Shown here: positions 12,993 to 26,635 of the stretch, in pieces
Numbering within the stretch: the stretch's first letter is position 1
Layout of the letters: each line of letters opens with the position of its first letter
The notes under the pieces: generated by a model
Database searches by the model: none
Seen by the model: only the letters and a program-made list of their open reading frames with translations
What the model was told of the DNA's origin: nothing
Made by a program: the position numbers and the translations under genes
Assembly (NCBI RefSeq): GCF_006345805.1
Contig: NC_043002.1
Location: 106,454,001-106,518,000, forward strand
Length of the DNA: 64,000 nt
Source: Octopus sinensis
Taxonomy: Eukaryota
Reading direction: 5' to 3'

Positions 12993-13435
12993 AGATTAAA
13001 ATAGACAAGTCCTAGCATAGCACCACGCAGCAGATGATAAGATAACAAGGTCACAAACAAACAATGAGTAAAGTTAGACAAACAAAACATGAGTTGAGAA
13101 AAGATGGAAACAATTTGATAAAACAAAACAATAACAATGGCTAAATGTAAAGAAATGCAGAATCTAACGTTTCGGATAAAATACTTCGACAAAGAGGTGG
13201 AAAAGAATTGAAATGGGGCCACAAAGAAATAGAAACGATGTTTGTGTATGTTGTGTGTTTGGGTACACGTGTGTCTGTATGTGTGCGTGTATGTTAGTGT
13301 GTACGCACATTTTAAATTTAGAAACAAGGGGAAAAGTACTCAATACCAAAAATAGAGCGTAATTTTGTTTTTCATATTGCTAAGATTACTCACTGCTTCG
13401 AATACTGATAATATTCATAAATATGCGTATGCATG

Positions 13436-13915
<480 letters not shown>

Positions 13916-14359
13916 AGTTGAAGTGTGTTCTTTTAAGAACGCATAACAGTACAAATAGAGCTCGTTCACCCTTAGAATTCCCAAATAGCCGGTAGTATTC
14001 TTATGGTATACTACCAATTCTAGTCTTTGGTATTTCTCGTGTGTGAAAATTTGTACACATTGAAAAATACACATACATTTATATATATATATATAATAAT
14101 AAATATTAGGGAATAAATCCAAATTTACAGGGAAATATATATATATATGAGAAGTATGCACTGAATTCGTATCCAACAATCGAAACTTCAGCCTTCGTCT
14201 TACTTGCCAACATTCTTGGAATTTGTTCTTCGAATATATTAGTACCTCCTGTCCAATTCACCATTCTGACGAGCCATGCCTGGTATGTGTTATTCCGTTT
14301 AGATTGTTTCAATCATGTTTTAAGTTAGTATTTTCGTTACGATTTCGGTGTTTTAGTTA

Positions 14360-14930
14360 ATTACCTCTGCCTTAGCGAAGACGGAGGTATTGTTTTCAGT
14401 CGTATTTGTTTGTTTGTCCGTGGACAAGATATCTCAAGAACCGCTTGATGGATTCGGGTGAAACATTCAGGGACGTTTGGCCCCGTGTGACTGGCACGAA
14501 CTGATTAGATTTTGGGATCGATCCGGCACCGGACAAGGATTCTGGATCATTTGTTATATTTACTTTACGTGATTACGATCTTACGTTAACTTTCAAGTCT
14601 TTCTCAATTATCTCCCTTTAGACTGTAACTATTTCGAATGATGAATTTGTTAATTTTGCCTTGTATTACATAAGGATAAACTATTTATTACTGTTACTAA
14701 ATTTTCCACAGCTACCTTCACATTCCATGACTACCATTGGGATCCATCAGGTACCGGACAAGGATTCTGGATTATTTTTCCGGTTTTTTTTTTTTTATTT
14801 TTGGGAGCTGTCGGGTTCATTTTTAGCATTCTCGTTTGTGAGAGCAATCGAGTTTATTTCAGATATTCTCATTTTAAAAATCATCTCTGGTTAATCGTTG
14901 AGAGAACGTTGGTGTTGTCTTGGCGGAGGT
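14360..14930 (+). mobile_element. Helentron-associated non-autonomous element (HINE/DINE-like), composite
   Basis: 5' ATTACCTCTGCC and 3' CTTGGCGGAGGT subterminal inverted repeats; homologous to 28052-28428; interrupted ~14550-14745. Confidence 0.7.
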
Positions 14931-15836
14931 CTTAAGTTTCTTTAGATGAATTATTATCCTTAAATTTCTTTAGGTGAAATATTTGTTTTGATATAAGTTC
15001 TATAATGAGGGCTTCTATCTAATAGGTATTGATCTATATAGGTTAATTCCTATATCGTTTTGTTTAAAGAAAAAATTGAAGCCTGTTAGTTAAAATGATA
15101 TGTTATTCCGTTAGTTTATGCTTGGCTCGTTTTAATTTTGTTTTGTGTTTTAAATACATGTTATAGATTGTGGTAGAGCAATGTCTATTGATTCAAGTTC
15201 TTTAATTAATCTATGTTTTCAGTTCTATGTTGGTTATTTCTTGGGTTATTATTATTTTTCGTTCTATGAATTGGCAATGTGTGTTTCGACTACGTTCAAT
15301 AATTTTGTTCTATACATTTTGTTCGCTAGATCGTTTTAAATCCTATAATTCTTGAGATGCCAATGTTTATTCTGTGGATATTCCTGTTTTCTACGCAATA
15401 TTTTCTTTCAATTTCTGTGCTTCGTACCTATAGCTATGAGACGATTTATGTTTGAGATTTGTGCTTGCATTTGTAACAATAAGCGGGTGTAGACGTAATG
15501 GACACGCGTAATGTGCTAATGTTTTGCTCCTGCTTCTTATATTTAAATTCTCGGCATGGTTTAAGTTTTCAGCGCTACTGACACCGCTGAATTGAATGGT
15601 ACAGCCATGGTGCCGAAACCATAACGAGATCTATTTAACAGCAGTCGATGGATGCATAGTTTGACGTGTTTGTTGACTGTGAACCTTTTGCACCGTTTGT
15701 TCTCGTAGTTCCCAGTTATCCTACATTGAAATTCTAGTTCTCGTAGCGTTGGACATCTTTCAGGATCTCTTGGTTTGTGATGGTTTTGTTGTTTATTCTG
15801 TATGAATGTCCTTCTGTATGAATGTCCTTCATACTG

Positions 15837-15916
15837 TATGAATGTCCTTCATGGGGATTCTGATTATGGTATGGGTAATAGTAGAGGGTTTCTAGTTTAT
15901 GTGGTAGGGTTGTTGT

Positions 15917-15917
<1 letters not shown>
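15837..15917. repeat. 81-bp segment identical to 26556-26636, abutting (GATA)n
   Basis: Base-by-base comparison by eye. Confidence 0.9.
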
Positions 15918-15991
<74 letters not shown>

Positions 15992-16138
15992 CCGTACATC
16001 TGAGCATTCATACATCCATTCACACACACAAACGTACACACACTTTACCATACATTACATACAAATATACATCTATATGTAAATCTACCACTTTGCTCTT
16101 CATTCTGCTCACATTTTTATGTGTGTATGTGGCGTTGT

Positions 16139-16176
<38 letters not shown>

Positions 16177-16185
<9 letters not shown>

Positions 16186-16611
16186 ATTGGTGAATTGAAG
16201 AAATGGAGCTGAACGCAGATTGAACAGAAATCGTTTTATTTCATTCTACACGTGTTCGAAAGGCCAAATTACCAAAATCCGATTGAATAATGGACCATAT
16301 TGTGTCTTTCTCATCAGGAAGAAAAAAGGAAATCCGTTGGAAAAACAAAAACAGAACAGAGGCAGAGCAAAAAACAAATCGCCATGGGCTCTTAGGAGCA
16401 CAGTTCGATTTGTTTTTTGCTCTGCCTCTGTTTTTGTTTTTCTCCAACGGATTTCCTTTTTTCTTCCTGATGAGAAGACACAATATGGTCCCATTATTCA
16501 ATCGGATTTTGGTAATTTGTGCCTTTCGAAACACGTGTAGAATGAAATTAAAACGATTTTCTGTTCAATCTGCGTTCAGCTCCATTTCTTCAATTCACCA
16601 ATAATGTTTTA
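16177..16611. mobile_element. ~435-bp palindrome: head-to-head pair of hammerhead-bearing Penelope-like terminal repeats
   Basis: 16177-16381 is the near reverse complement of 16406-16611, 24-nt loop; CTGATGA...GAAACACGTGTA in right arm; AATAAA follows the cut site in the left arm. Confidence 0.8.
16460..16547 (+). ncRNA. Type I hammerhead ribozyme motif with canonical core
   Basis: TTTCTTC-CUGAUGA(16467-73)-GAAGACAC...GUGCCUUUC-GAAA(16528-31)-CACGU-GUA(16537-39)-GAAUGAAA. Confidence 0.75.
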
Positions 16612-16756
16612 ATTTCAATTATCCGCACCAACGCACGGTTGCAACGCCAGATGGTTGTACCTCCAACCGTGCTGTTCACTGCTGTGATTTTGATACTAAG
16701 GTATCGGTTAAACTTTTGATTAATCTACTACAAGATTATTCATCTTTCTATTTCAC

Positions 16757-16797
<41 letters not shown>

Positions 16798-17199
16798 TCT
16801 CTCACACATCACGTGATCTGGTTGTTATGTTTCTTTTTCCCTACCAGCTGCCATGTTTACAGTTATTATTCAGAAGGCAGATAATTTATTACAGCGCTGA
16901 GACCGCTGTAAGTTATCTGCCAGTTCTCAATCAAAATTCCAGTCCGTTTCCGTATTAAACACTCTCAGAGCGGAGACCACCCATCAGATCCCTAGGAACA
17001 ATTAATAAACAAATATTTCATGTATTTCCTGAGCTCTTAATTAAATTATTTATTAATTAAGGTTGATTGTATATTACACATTGAAGTCATCATCATTAAG
17101 GTAAACGTTAACTTAATAAGTACAGAAAAGAGAGATGCGAAGAAATAGGAGAGGATCTGCCTCTCTCTCTCCCACTCTCGCTTTCTTTTTTTATCTCTC

Positions 17200-17264
17200 T
17201 CTCTCTCTTCTCTCTCTCTCTCATTCGTTTACTCTTTCTCACTATACTTCTCACACCCTCTCTC

Positions 17265-17315
<51 letters not shown>

Positions 17316-17359
17316 AATTATCTACATATATAAATACACATACACGCATGCACGTCCTT

Positions 17360-17391
<32 letters not shown>

Positions 17392-17700
17392 AGTGTGTGT
17401 GTGTATGTGCGTGTCTATGTGTATGTATGCCTCCAATACTTTTCGACATATATACAATTGCACCTGTGCTATTCTGTACACACACACAGACATGTATGTA
17501 TGCCTATATGTATGTACGTGTGTATGCGTATATATATATATATACATACACACACACATGTATATATATATACACACGCACAACACACACACACATATAT
17601 ATATTATATATATATATATATTATATATATATATATATTATATATATATATATACAATAACATATATTTACATCTAGTCATACACACGCACACACACACA
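17200..17700. repeat. (CT)n, (GT)n and (TA)n microsatellite cluster
   Basis: Direct reading. Confidence 0.85.
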
Positions 17701-18063
17701 ACCACAACCTATTTACACGCCGTTCTGTTCCACTCCACCATCCACTCCTCCTCACGCACACACCACCCTCGCACCAGCCGCGTTCAACCCATACCACTTC
17801 CTCCACACCACCCTCACAATATCCACATATGACCTTAACTCCACCCACACACAAACACCCCGCCCACACACCACAACAGCTGATAAAACAGAATTGGGAA
17901 ATTTACTGATAAAATCAAAATTATGATCTATTGTATTTTGTTTGTCAAGGAGGGAGGCTGACCTGGAAGGGATTTGGCCCTGGGTTGTAAGGAGTTCGTT
18001 GTTTGTTTACAATCAGACTTGTAAACAGGGAATACCTATCTTGTTTGGTGTACCTGTTCTGAT

Positions 18064-18592
18064 TCACACACACACACACACACAAAACACACACACACAC
18101 ACACACACAACACACACACATACGCACACACACATACATTCACACACACACACAAACTCACCAAATACACACACATATGTACACTCACACACACATACAC
18201 TCTCATACACTCACTAAACGCACACACACACATACATATACACCTACACACAAACTCACCAAATACACACACACACATACACACACACATACACACACAC
18301 ACATACACTCACACACAAACTCACCAAATACACGCGCGCGCGCATATACACACATGCACATGCACTCACACACACGCACTCACATGCGCGCGCGCACACA
18401 CACACAAGCACACGCACGACATACACACACATACACTCACACATACACTCACACACATGCACTCACACACATACACTCACACACATGCACTCACACACAT
18501 ACACACACACATACACTCACACACATACACTCACACACATACACTCACACACATGCACTCACACACATACACTCACACACATGCGCACACAC
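18064..18592. repeat. (CA)n-derived array with ~14-bp CACATRCACTCACA higher-order unit
   Basis: Direct reading. Confidence 0.85.
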
Positions 18593-19358
18593 AACCACCC
18601 GACATTACTGTCTAAGTCTACTACATTCGTAAAGAGAATGGAAGGTCACACAGCGTCTACTTGAGACGCTCAACGGGTGACCTTTGTGGCAAAGGTCAAC
18701 TCTTGCAAAGCTAACCAAGGTAACTCAATAACAACAACAGAGATTATTACAAAAAAAATACCTGCCGCTGCAACAACAACAACAACAACAACTTGCTTAT
18801 CTGCCACAAGGGATCGAATATGGCTTCATAATACGTACCACGTTTTCATTAATTGATTCAGGGGTCTGTGGAGTCGCCAGCAAACAGGCACCCCCAGTCG
18901 GCCCCAGGCACTGTGTCAGCTTTAGACAACCCTGTCGGTCCTAGATGCCTCGTCGGCCTCTCACTTTTGTTGACCCTGCGGAACATCGAGGCAGTCAGTG
19001 ATGGCTGGGAAAGACAGATGGAGCTACAGCATCAACTGACTGATATTTGTTATCCGCTGAGTTGTCTGGAGCAACGTGAAAATAATGTATTTTACGCAAG
19101 AACGAGACGCTCTGCCGGATCCAGGATTCGAAACCGCAACTATGTAATCATATGCCTAACATGCTAGCCATTGAGTCACGCGCTTATACAAAATAACAAC
19201 TGCAATAAATACAAATCTTTTCTCAATGTATGAGTAACTTTCCTCAATAATCTCCTCCATCTCATCTATCAACTGATGTGAACGTAAGCCGCCAACTGGC
19301 TGAGGTGTTGCGTTCACGAACAAAAGTTTGTGGTTTCCATTTGTGGTTAATTTAATAA

Positions 19359-19680
19359 GGGCGCGTGGCTTAGTGGTTAGGGCATTCGACTCATGATCGT
19401 AAGGTTGTGAGTTCGATTCCCGGCGACGCGTTGTGTCCTTGAGCAAGACACTTTATTTCACGTTGCTCCAGTCCACTCAGCTGGCAAAAATGAGTTGTAC
19501 TTGTATTTCAAAGGGTCAGCCTTGTCACTCTCTGTGTCACGCTGATTATCCCCGAGAACTACGTTAAGGGTACACGTGTCTGTGGAATGCTCAGCCATTT
19601 GCACGTTAATTTCACGAGCAAGCTGTTCCGTTGATCGTATCAGCTGGGACCCTCGTCGTCGTAACCGGCGGAGTCTTCTT
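19359..19680 (+). mobile_element. tRNA-derived SINE family C, full length
   Basis: tRNA-like head (TGGCTTAGTGG, GAGTTCGATTCCC), CTTGAGCAAG core-like motif, 11-bp TSD TTAATTTAATA at 19347-57 and 19680-90. Confidence 0.9.
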
Positions 19681-19690
19681 TAATTTAATA

Positions 19691-20160
19691 CAGAGTGTTC
19701 AAATAGTCTCTCCGCAGTAGGTATTATATTGCAAAATAAATATTTAGAAGATGGTAAAAGACTACAAAAGAATATATTAGACTTTATTAATCTTTAAAAA
19801 ACTTTATAAGAGGTGTTGAAAGTGTTGTCCTTCATTTTCAATACATAAAATTTATTTTCTTTTTAACTGCCGTGTGAGCACTTCCTAGGCTGATTTCCGT
19901 TTCCTGTGGCAATTTGCGTAAGGACTTTGACGGGTTTTCCAAAAGTTTATCAGAAATATTGGAGAGTGTTTCGTCTGAAAGAACAAGAGGCCTACCGCTT
20001 CATGCTGTGTCTTCCACTGAACCTCTGTTTCTAAATTTTCGTATCAAATCCCTGCACAGTGTCACGATGTGGAACAACAGTTTTTGGAACAGTTTCACTG
20101 AAACTTCTGTTTCACAGAATCTGTGTATTTGTTTCCAGCTCGAAGCACGCATTCAACCCA
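19691..20160 (-). mobile_element. Internally deleted Tc1/mariner remnant
   Basis: TA|CAGAGTGTTC terminus; minus translation FRNRGSVEDTA*SGRPLVLSDETLSNISDKLLENPSKSLRKLPQETEISLGSAH resembles a transposase N-terminal HTH. Confidence 0.7.
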
Positions 20161-20675
20161 GGGCCACTTTCTCCAAAATGTCCTTTTTTCAAGAGGGTAG
20201 CATGTGATTTAAGGGAGATTTGGCTGACACTCTAAGGAAGTTGCGTGTCCACATAGAGGCCTCCCCCTGTTGTTCCGACATCCAGAAATATGATGTCCAG
20301 TCTGCGATGAAAAATCTCGCTGTCCACTACAGTTCCGTTTTCATTTACCAATTCTTTTACTTTTATTTGATCCACATCAGTGTTTCTGCCAGGAATCGAC
20401 TGCTGCCATTTGGGATACATCGAGATTTACATCAAATTCCTCACATTTACAAATCTACTCGTCGCTCCATACGGACTCAAATCGTTGAAAAATATGCAAA
20501 GATCATCTTCAGAAATATCAATATTTTTCTTCAAGACAAAATTGGGACTTAATTAATTAAAGAAAAGTAGCATCGACTTAGGTGGGATTAGAACTCAGAA
20601 CGTAGACAGATCGAAACACCTCAATAAATTTTGTCCAACACTGCCAATTTTGCCAGGATTAAGTATACTCAATAA

Positions 20676-20908
20676 GATGGCGAGCTGGCAGAAACGTTAG
20701 TACGCCGGGCGAAATACGTAACCGTATTTCGTCTCCCGTTACGTTCTGAGTTCAAATTCTGCCGAGGTCGACTTTGCCTTTCATCCTTTCGGGGTCGATA
20801 AATTAAGTACCAGTTACGCACTGGGGTCGATGTAATCGAGTTAATCCCTTTGTCTGTCCTTGTTTGTCCCCTCTGTGTTTAGCCCCTTGTGTGCAATAAA
20901 GAAATAAG
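20676..20908 (+). mobile_element. SINE family B
   Basis: GGCGAGCTGGCAGAAACGTTAG...GAGTTCAAATTCTGCC...GCAATAAAGAAAT; near-identical to 22108-22338. Confidence 0.9.
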
Positions 20909-21149
20909 AATCATTAGAATCGGATAAAATGCTTACCAGAGATTAAGATATGTAACTTGAGTCACGTGATACATGTGACGAAGGAGTGTCATAAATTTAG
21001 ATATGTAACAGGAGACTATCACAGATCTCGCATGTCACTTTACAGTTTTAGGAATTATGGCATATGACTTAAGATGTCGCATTTTTAGATATCTGACCAT
21101 TATTGAATCGTTTCCAGACACACTCATGTGTTCCATTGTTATCCCAGCA

Positions 21150-22020
21150 TCTTAGTGAAGAATGAGATCTAGTTGAGGCACTCTAATGAAATGGTCTTTA
21201 GCGTCAGAGATTAACAAGAGAAATGCTTAAAGCAGAGACTAGTATTTCTTAATCTAACAAAAGCCTTTGACACAGTCAATGGAAATGCACTGTGGAGAAC
21301 CCTGGAAAAGCTGAAGTACCTATTTAAGTTCGTTTGACTCCTTCACACTGGCGTGAAAGACTATTTGGTGCTCTGTCGGAACCAATCTATTTGGACTTGT
21401 TTGAAGCAAGGTTGGTGGGCAATACACCTGTACGTTATTTCCCATATACTTTGCAGCCTTGATTTCAAGATTGTGATCTAAACATCTTTGTCCACGATCG
21501 TCCAATAGATAAACTGTTTAATCTGAATTGTTGTAAAGCTAAAACAAAGATTTACAACTCAAGCTCTCTTCTCGTTTTGTTCTACGCTGTTAATTGTGAC
21601 CTTGAAGTGCACTTAAAGAAAGCTATTTAAAATATAGTGATTCTCTTCTCTGGTGCTCTTGTACTTAAACGAGATTAATGTTATATTTGTATCGGGTGCA
21701 AGTGAACTGTTTGTGGAAGCAAATATACTTGTTCAAGAGTCCAAACTTATGGTGGGTTCATTTGCGAATCACGGGATCTCTGTTTCGAGAGAGAGAAGTA
21801 AAATTCTGAGGGTCAACTGGAAAATTAAGGCTTCAGTTGTATAGGTAACACTGGAGAAACTTATCTAGTCAGGCGGAGACTTGAAACTTTCCACCAAGTT
21901 TTATATTCTAAGATGCTTGTGTCATCACTTACCTGCTATTTTTGTTGGGAGCATGGACGCCATATCGACGGCACAGCCAAATACTAAAATGACTTTTACC
22001 AGAAGCGGACAAAGAATACA
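21150..22020 (+). mobile_element. Degenerate RTE (BovB-like) LINE RT fragment
   Basis: Remnant motifs LVFLNLTKAFDTVNGNALWRTLEKL, KLFNLNCCKAKTK and AWTPYRRH. Confidence 0.7.
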
Positions 22021-22107
22021 TTAAACATCAGTTTTGAAATCTTTTACACCTGAGGTAGAAATGCCAGAAAAGACAGAATTGGTAAGTGGTTGGGTAGGTA
22101 ACAAGGT

Positions 22108-22338
22108 AGGCGGCGAGCTGGCAGAAACGTTAGCACGCCGGGCGAAATGCTCAGCGGTATTTCGTCTGCCGTTACGTTCTGAGGTCAAATTCCGCCGAGG
22201 TCGACTTTGCCTTTCATCCTTTCGGGGTCGATAAATTAAGTACCAGTTACGCACTGGGGTCGATATAATCGACTTAATCCGTTTGCCTGTCATTGTTTGT
22301 CTCCTCTGTGTTTAGCCCCTTGTGGGCAATAAAGAAAT
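22108..22338 (+). mobile_element. SINE family B
   Basis: As 20676-20908. Confidence 0.9.
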
Positions 22339-22342
22339 TAGG

Positions 22343-22393
<51 letters not shown>

Positions 22394-22559
22394 GTAGGTA
22401 GGTAGGTAGGTAGGTAGGTAGGTAGGTAGGTAGGTAGGTAGAAAACGAAGCATCTTGATAATCCCCTAACGAAGAAATAGAATGTTTGTATATCTCTAGG
22501 AGTAAGTGTAGGAATAAATGTGTGAACTCTTTGTGCGGACGTAGATGTGTATAAATATA

Positions 22560-23724
22560 GGAAGGCAAGTCAAAAATTATACGTACTCTTGTTTCTGTAC
22601 TTTATTAAAAGCAAGGGGTGGACAATTACATCATTTTTCGACACAGTCTCCTTGTTTTTCGATACATTTCTTCTTTGCTTATTCCATGCAGAAAAATGTG
22701 TTTCAACTGACCACGCAGCCATTTATGCACCGCTTCTTGCAAATCGACGACCCCGTAAAGGATGTCCGAGCGGTCCAGAGAAGTAATAGTCGAAAGGGGC
22801 GAGATATGAACCGCAGGGTTCCAGTCAATCGAAGCTCAATTTTTCAATGGGTTCGACGGTGTGGACGGCAGTATTTGAGCGTGCATTGTCCTGCAACGAT
22901 AACATTTGCTTTGACCTCGGCCTTTAGTGCGAATTGCTGGTTTCAGTTTAATGACCAGCATTCCACTTTAGCCAACACTGGTCGCTGTAGACCCCTTTTC
23001 CAGGTAATATTCCAGTACAGGCCTTTTTGCGCCCCACAAAACGGTTAACATTACTTTTCCACTGAAGGTTGAGCCTTTAATGTCTTTTCCCCTGGTGATT
23101 CCGGGTGCTTCCACTCTATACTTTGCCTTTTGGATTCTAGCACAAAGTGATGGACTCAGGTCTCATCTCTGGAGACTATTCTCTCCAAAAAAGCTTTACC
23201 TTGATCAGTGTAACGATCGAGTAAGCGTTGACAGACCTCCACACGATTGCGCTTATGCGCTTCGGTAAGCCCTCTTAGCACCATTCTCGCAAGACTTTAC
23301 GGAAACGAAGTTTCTCATGGATGATTTCGTATGCAGAACCATGACTAATTTTCAGAGAACATGTCACCTCATCGAGGATCGATCGTCGGTTCGCCAGAAG
23401 CATCTCCCGGGCTTGTTGAATATTCATGCAAGTGGTAGAGGTACTTCACGCTTGTTCGGTCATTTTTAAACTTCTCAAGTCACTCATACACATTTCTATG
23501 TGGTAGAGTGCAGTCCACGTATTGTACTGAAAGCCTGAAATGAATTTGAGCTTCTGACACATCTTCAGACCAGAGATAACATAAAAGAAAACTGAAGCAA
23601 TCCAAGTCGAACCTCGGCGCGTAACCACAAAAGTACTCCGTGCTAAAAAGCACGCAAGCGCTGAAGGTTGTGCGGCCAAACTAAAGTTTTCGCGAAAGGG
23701 CAGATAATTTTTGACTTCCCTTTA
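22560..23724 (-). mobile_element. Near full-length mariner fossil with both TIRs and TA flanks
   Basis: TIRs GAAGGCAAGTCAAAAATTAT (22561-80) and ATAATTTTTGACTTCCCTTT (23704-23); TA at 22558-59 and 23725-26; frameshifted transposase remnants such as GSAYEIIHEKLRFRKV and KLKPAIRTK. Confidence 0.85.
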
Positions 23725-23824
23725 TAAAGTTAAATGCTTGCATGTGAAACATTATGTATGAACATATGCACGTATAAATACGTACATATAGCTATGTGTA
23801 TATTAATGTTTCCACATGCATATA

Positions 23825-23891
<67 letters not shown>

Positions 23892-24123
23892 TATATATTA
23901 TATATATATATATATATACAGGTAAGTATATATATACAGTATATATATATACAGGTAAGTATGGGTGCATGCGTACGTCTGTATGCGTTGGTGAGGCTTC
24001 CATTTCATTTGTTATGAAGAACGGTTGTACCTCATAGCACTTACAAGATTGCTAGGAGTAGGTTGGTGTATGCATATATATTGTGTGTGTGTGTATCTAT
24101 GTGTGTGTATATGTATATATATA

Positions 24124-24161
<38 letters not shown>

Positions 24162-24229
24162 AAGTGGAAATGAAACATGAGCTAAACAGTTGGATTAATT
24201 AAATGCTCGGACTCTAGAAGCTGTAACAG

Positions 24230-24330
24230 CAGTGGTGGTGGTGGTGGTGGTGGTGGTAGTGGTGGTGGTGGTGGTGGTGGTGATGGTGGTGGTGGTGGCG
24301 GTGGCAGCGGTGGCGGCGGCGGTGGTGATA
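24230..24330. repeat. (GGT)n/(GGC)n
   Basis: Direct reading. Confidence 0.9.
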
Positions 24331-24502
24331 TGGTGGCATCGTGGCATGCGAAAAGGTGCTAAACATGCATACTCACAGGAATACACACACACACACACAC
24401 ATACACACACGCGTATATATATGTAAGTTCTCGTTCTCTGTCTCCCTCTCACTCACACGCACACACATGCATGTGTGTGCATGAATGAATGAGTGTGTCT
24501 GA

Positions 24503-24553
<51 letters not shown>

Positions 24554-25141
24554 GACGCTATATGCTTGCAGGAAGGCGTGAAAAATAGAAATAATATATT
24601 GCGTGAGATGGAGGAGGAGGAGAGAAAGAGAAAAAGAATACAAGAAAACAAAAGAGAGTGAAAGAGTGGGGAAGAGTGTGAGGAGATTGAATGAAACAAG
24701 AGGAAGGAGGAGAGTATAGAATGAGTAGAGAGAATACGGATGAAGCGATAGATAAAAGTGAAGGAGTAAGTAAGAAAAGGGAACTGTGTGGTGGGGGGAG
24801 TGAAAGTGAAAGAGGAAAAGTAAGAGAAGGAATTACGTAGGGGAAGAAAGAGAGGGAGAGAGACACAGTGAGAGAGAGAGCGAGAGAGAAGATGAGATAG
24901 AAGATGAAAATGTGAGAATAAGGGAAGGATGGGGGGGCGCTAATCAATTATAAAAACAGTTCAGTTAATGTCCGGCATCAGTTTTTAATCAATTTTGCTT
25001 TACCATTTATTCCAGCGTTTCCAGTTTCTTGGTTGTAAAGGGAGATTCAATCCTTCGGCTGTAATTCATCAAATTCTTCTGAAACAATTAGTCTGCTGCC
25101 GCAAAATCAACCGTTCATTATTATTATTATTATTATTATTA

Positions 25142-25190
<49 letters not shown>

Positions 25191-25859
25191 CATGTTCATC
25201 TTTGCGTCTTCTATTGTTGTACCAAACGATTGATGGTTCGGCCATTTTGCCTCTGTAATGGTTATATTACTTATTCCTATATTTTACACTTGATCCCACG
25301 CTGACATTTACGTTAACTCGCTAATTTTTTTCCATGGCTTTCCAAAGTGTTCTGCTTGTTTGTCCTTTATTGTTCAATTACATCTGTGAATTATGTATCT
25401 TTTGTTTGTTTCTTTCTTTGGCTTCTAACACTGAATAATTTCCGCTCAGTCAGTCATAAATAACGTCCATTTTGAATAGTCGTCAATCTTCTAAACAAAT
25501 ACTGAATATCATTCCAGCTTATGGCAGCGAACGGCAGGCAAAATACAATAATTGACTAAAAGCCTTGTAGTGTTAATATTTTGTCTTTGGTTGTCTTCTT
25601 TTACATTTTGACTTCAAATCCCATAAGCAGAAATAAATACTTGTAATATACTGGAGTAGATTCAATCTTTTGAAATGTATGGCATTGTACCAAGAAGGAA
25701 ACTTTTATTGTACGAAAATAGAGCGGTTTTTTGTTTGGAAAATTCGACCATGATATCAAGCGTGTTGATCTTAGGAAATATAAATGCATAAAAGTTTTGG
25801 GAGGAATGTGTGATTGTGTGTGTGGAAGTGAGTGAGTGAAAGAAAAAGAGAGAACGAAG

Positions 25860-25909
<50 letters not shown>

Positions 25910-26555
25910 CAAGGCTCCTTGAAGGGAATTTAGACAACAATGACTTTATACAGTTACATGTTGAACTTTAAAAAAAATTCTTTTGTAATTTTGCTGTTCT
26001 ACTTTCTCCATACATTACAAAGCATAATGTGAATCTTTAATTTGCCCCGTGATAGTCCCTTCCTACTGTCGACATTCTATGTTGTTTATAAAATACGTTG
26101 GCGCCTTATTGGGAAGCATCATATTATTTGATGACCTTTTAGGAGACTGACTGCTCTCCCTCCTTCACAGAAAAGTGATACAACTGATATTGTTCGTCGC
26201 TTGTACAGACCTTAAAGACTTTGATATATCTTTTATTAATTAGAGACATTTATAAGGCAGTGAGAGAGTGTTGTAACAGTAACCGTAATTGTAATTTGGG
26301 CCTTGAGTACAAGACGGTCAGAACATAAACCATTGAATTCCAGACGACAAGAAATTATTGCTTACGTCCCCGTGACTTGGTGGTTTCACAAAAGAATTCG
26401 AAAGAATAAATATCAACCTTTCAAACGAACAAAGCAGATGTTCTAGGGTCGATTTGTTCGGCTGAAATTATTCAAGGGCGATGCTCCAGCGTGGTCACAG
26501 TTAAAAAAAACTGAAACAAGTAAAAGATAACATATTTGAGATAGATAGATATCTA

Positions 26556-26635
26556 TATGAATGTCCTTCATGGGGATTCTGATTATGGTATGGGTAATAG
26601 TAGAGGGTTTCTAGTTTATGTGGTAGGGTTGTTGT

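Noticed and set aside
12691-13327. Poly-E, poly-R, poly-S and poly-L ORFs
   Set aside because: Trinucleotide microsatellites with no splice or domain context
14266-14290. CTGACGA followed by a hairpin (HHR-like)
   Set aside because: No GAAA or stem III follows
19359-19435. tRNA-Met-like gene (CAT anticodon loop)
   Set aside because: Continues into a SINE body with TSDs and has homologous copies, so it is a SINE head
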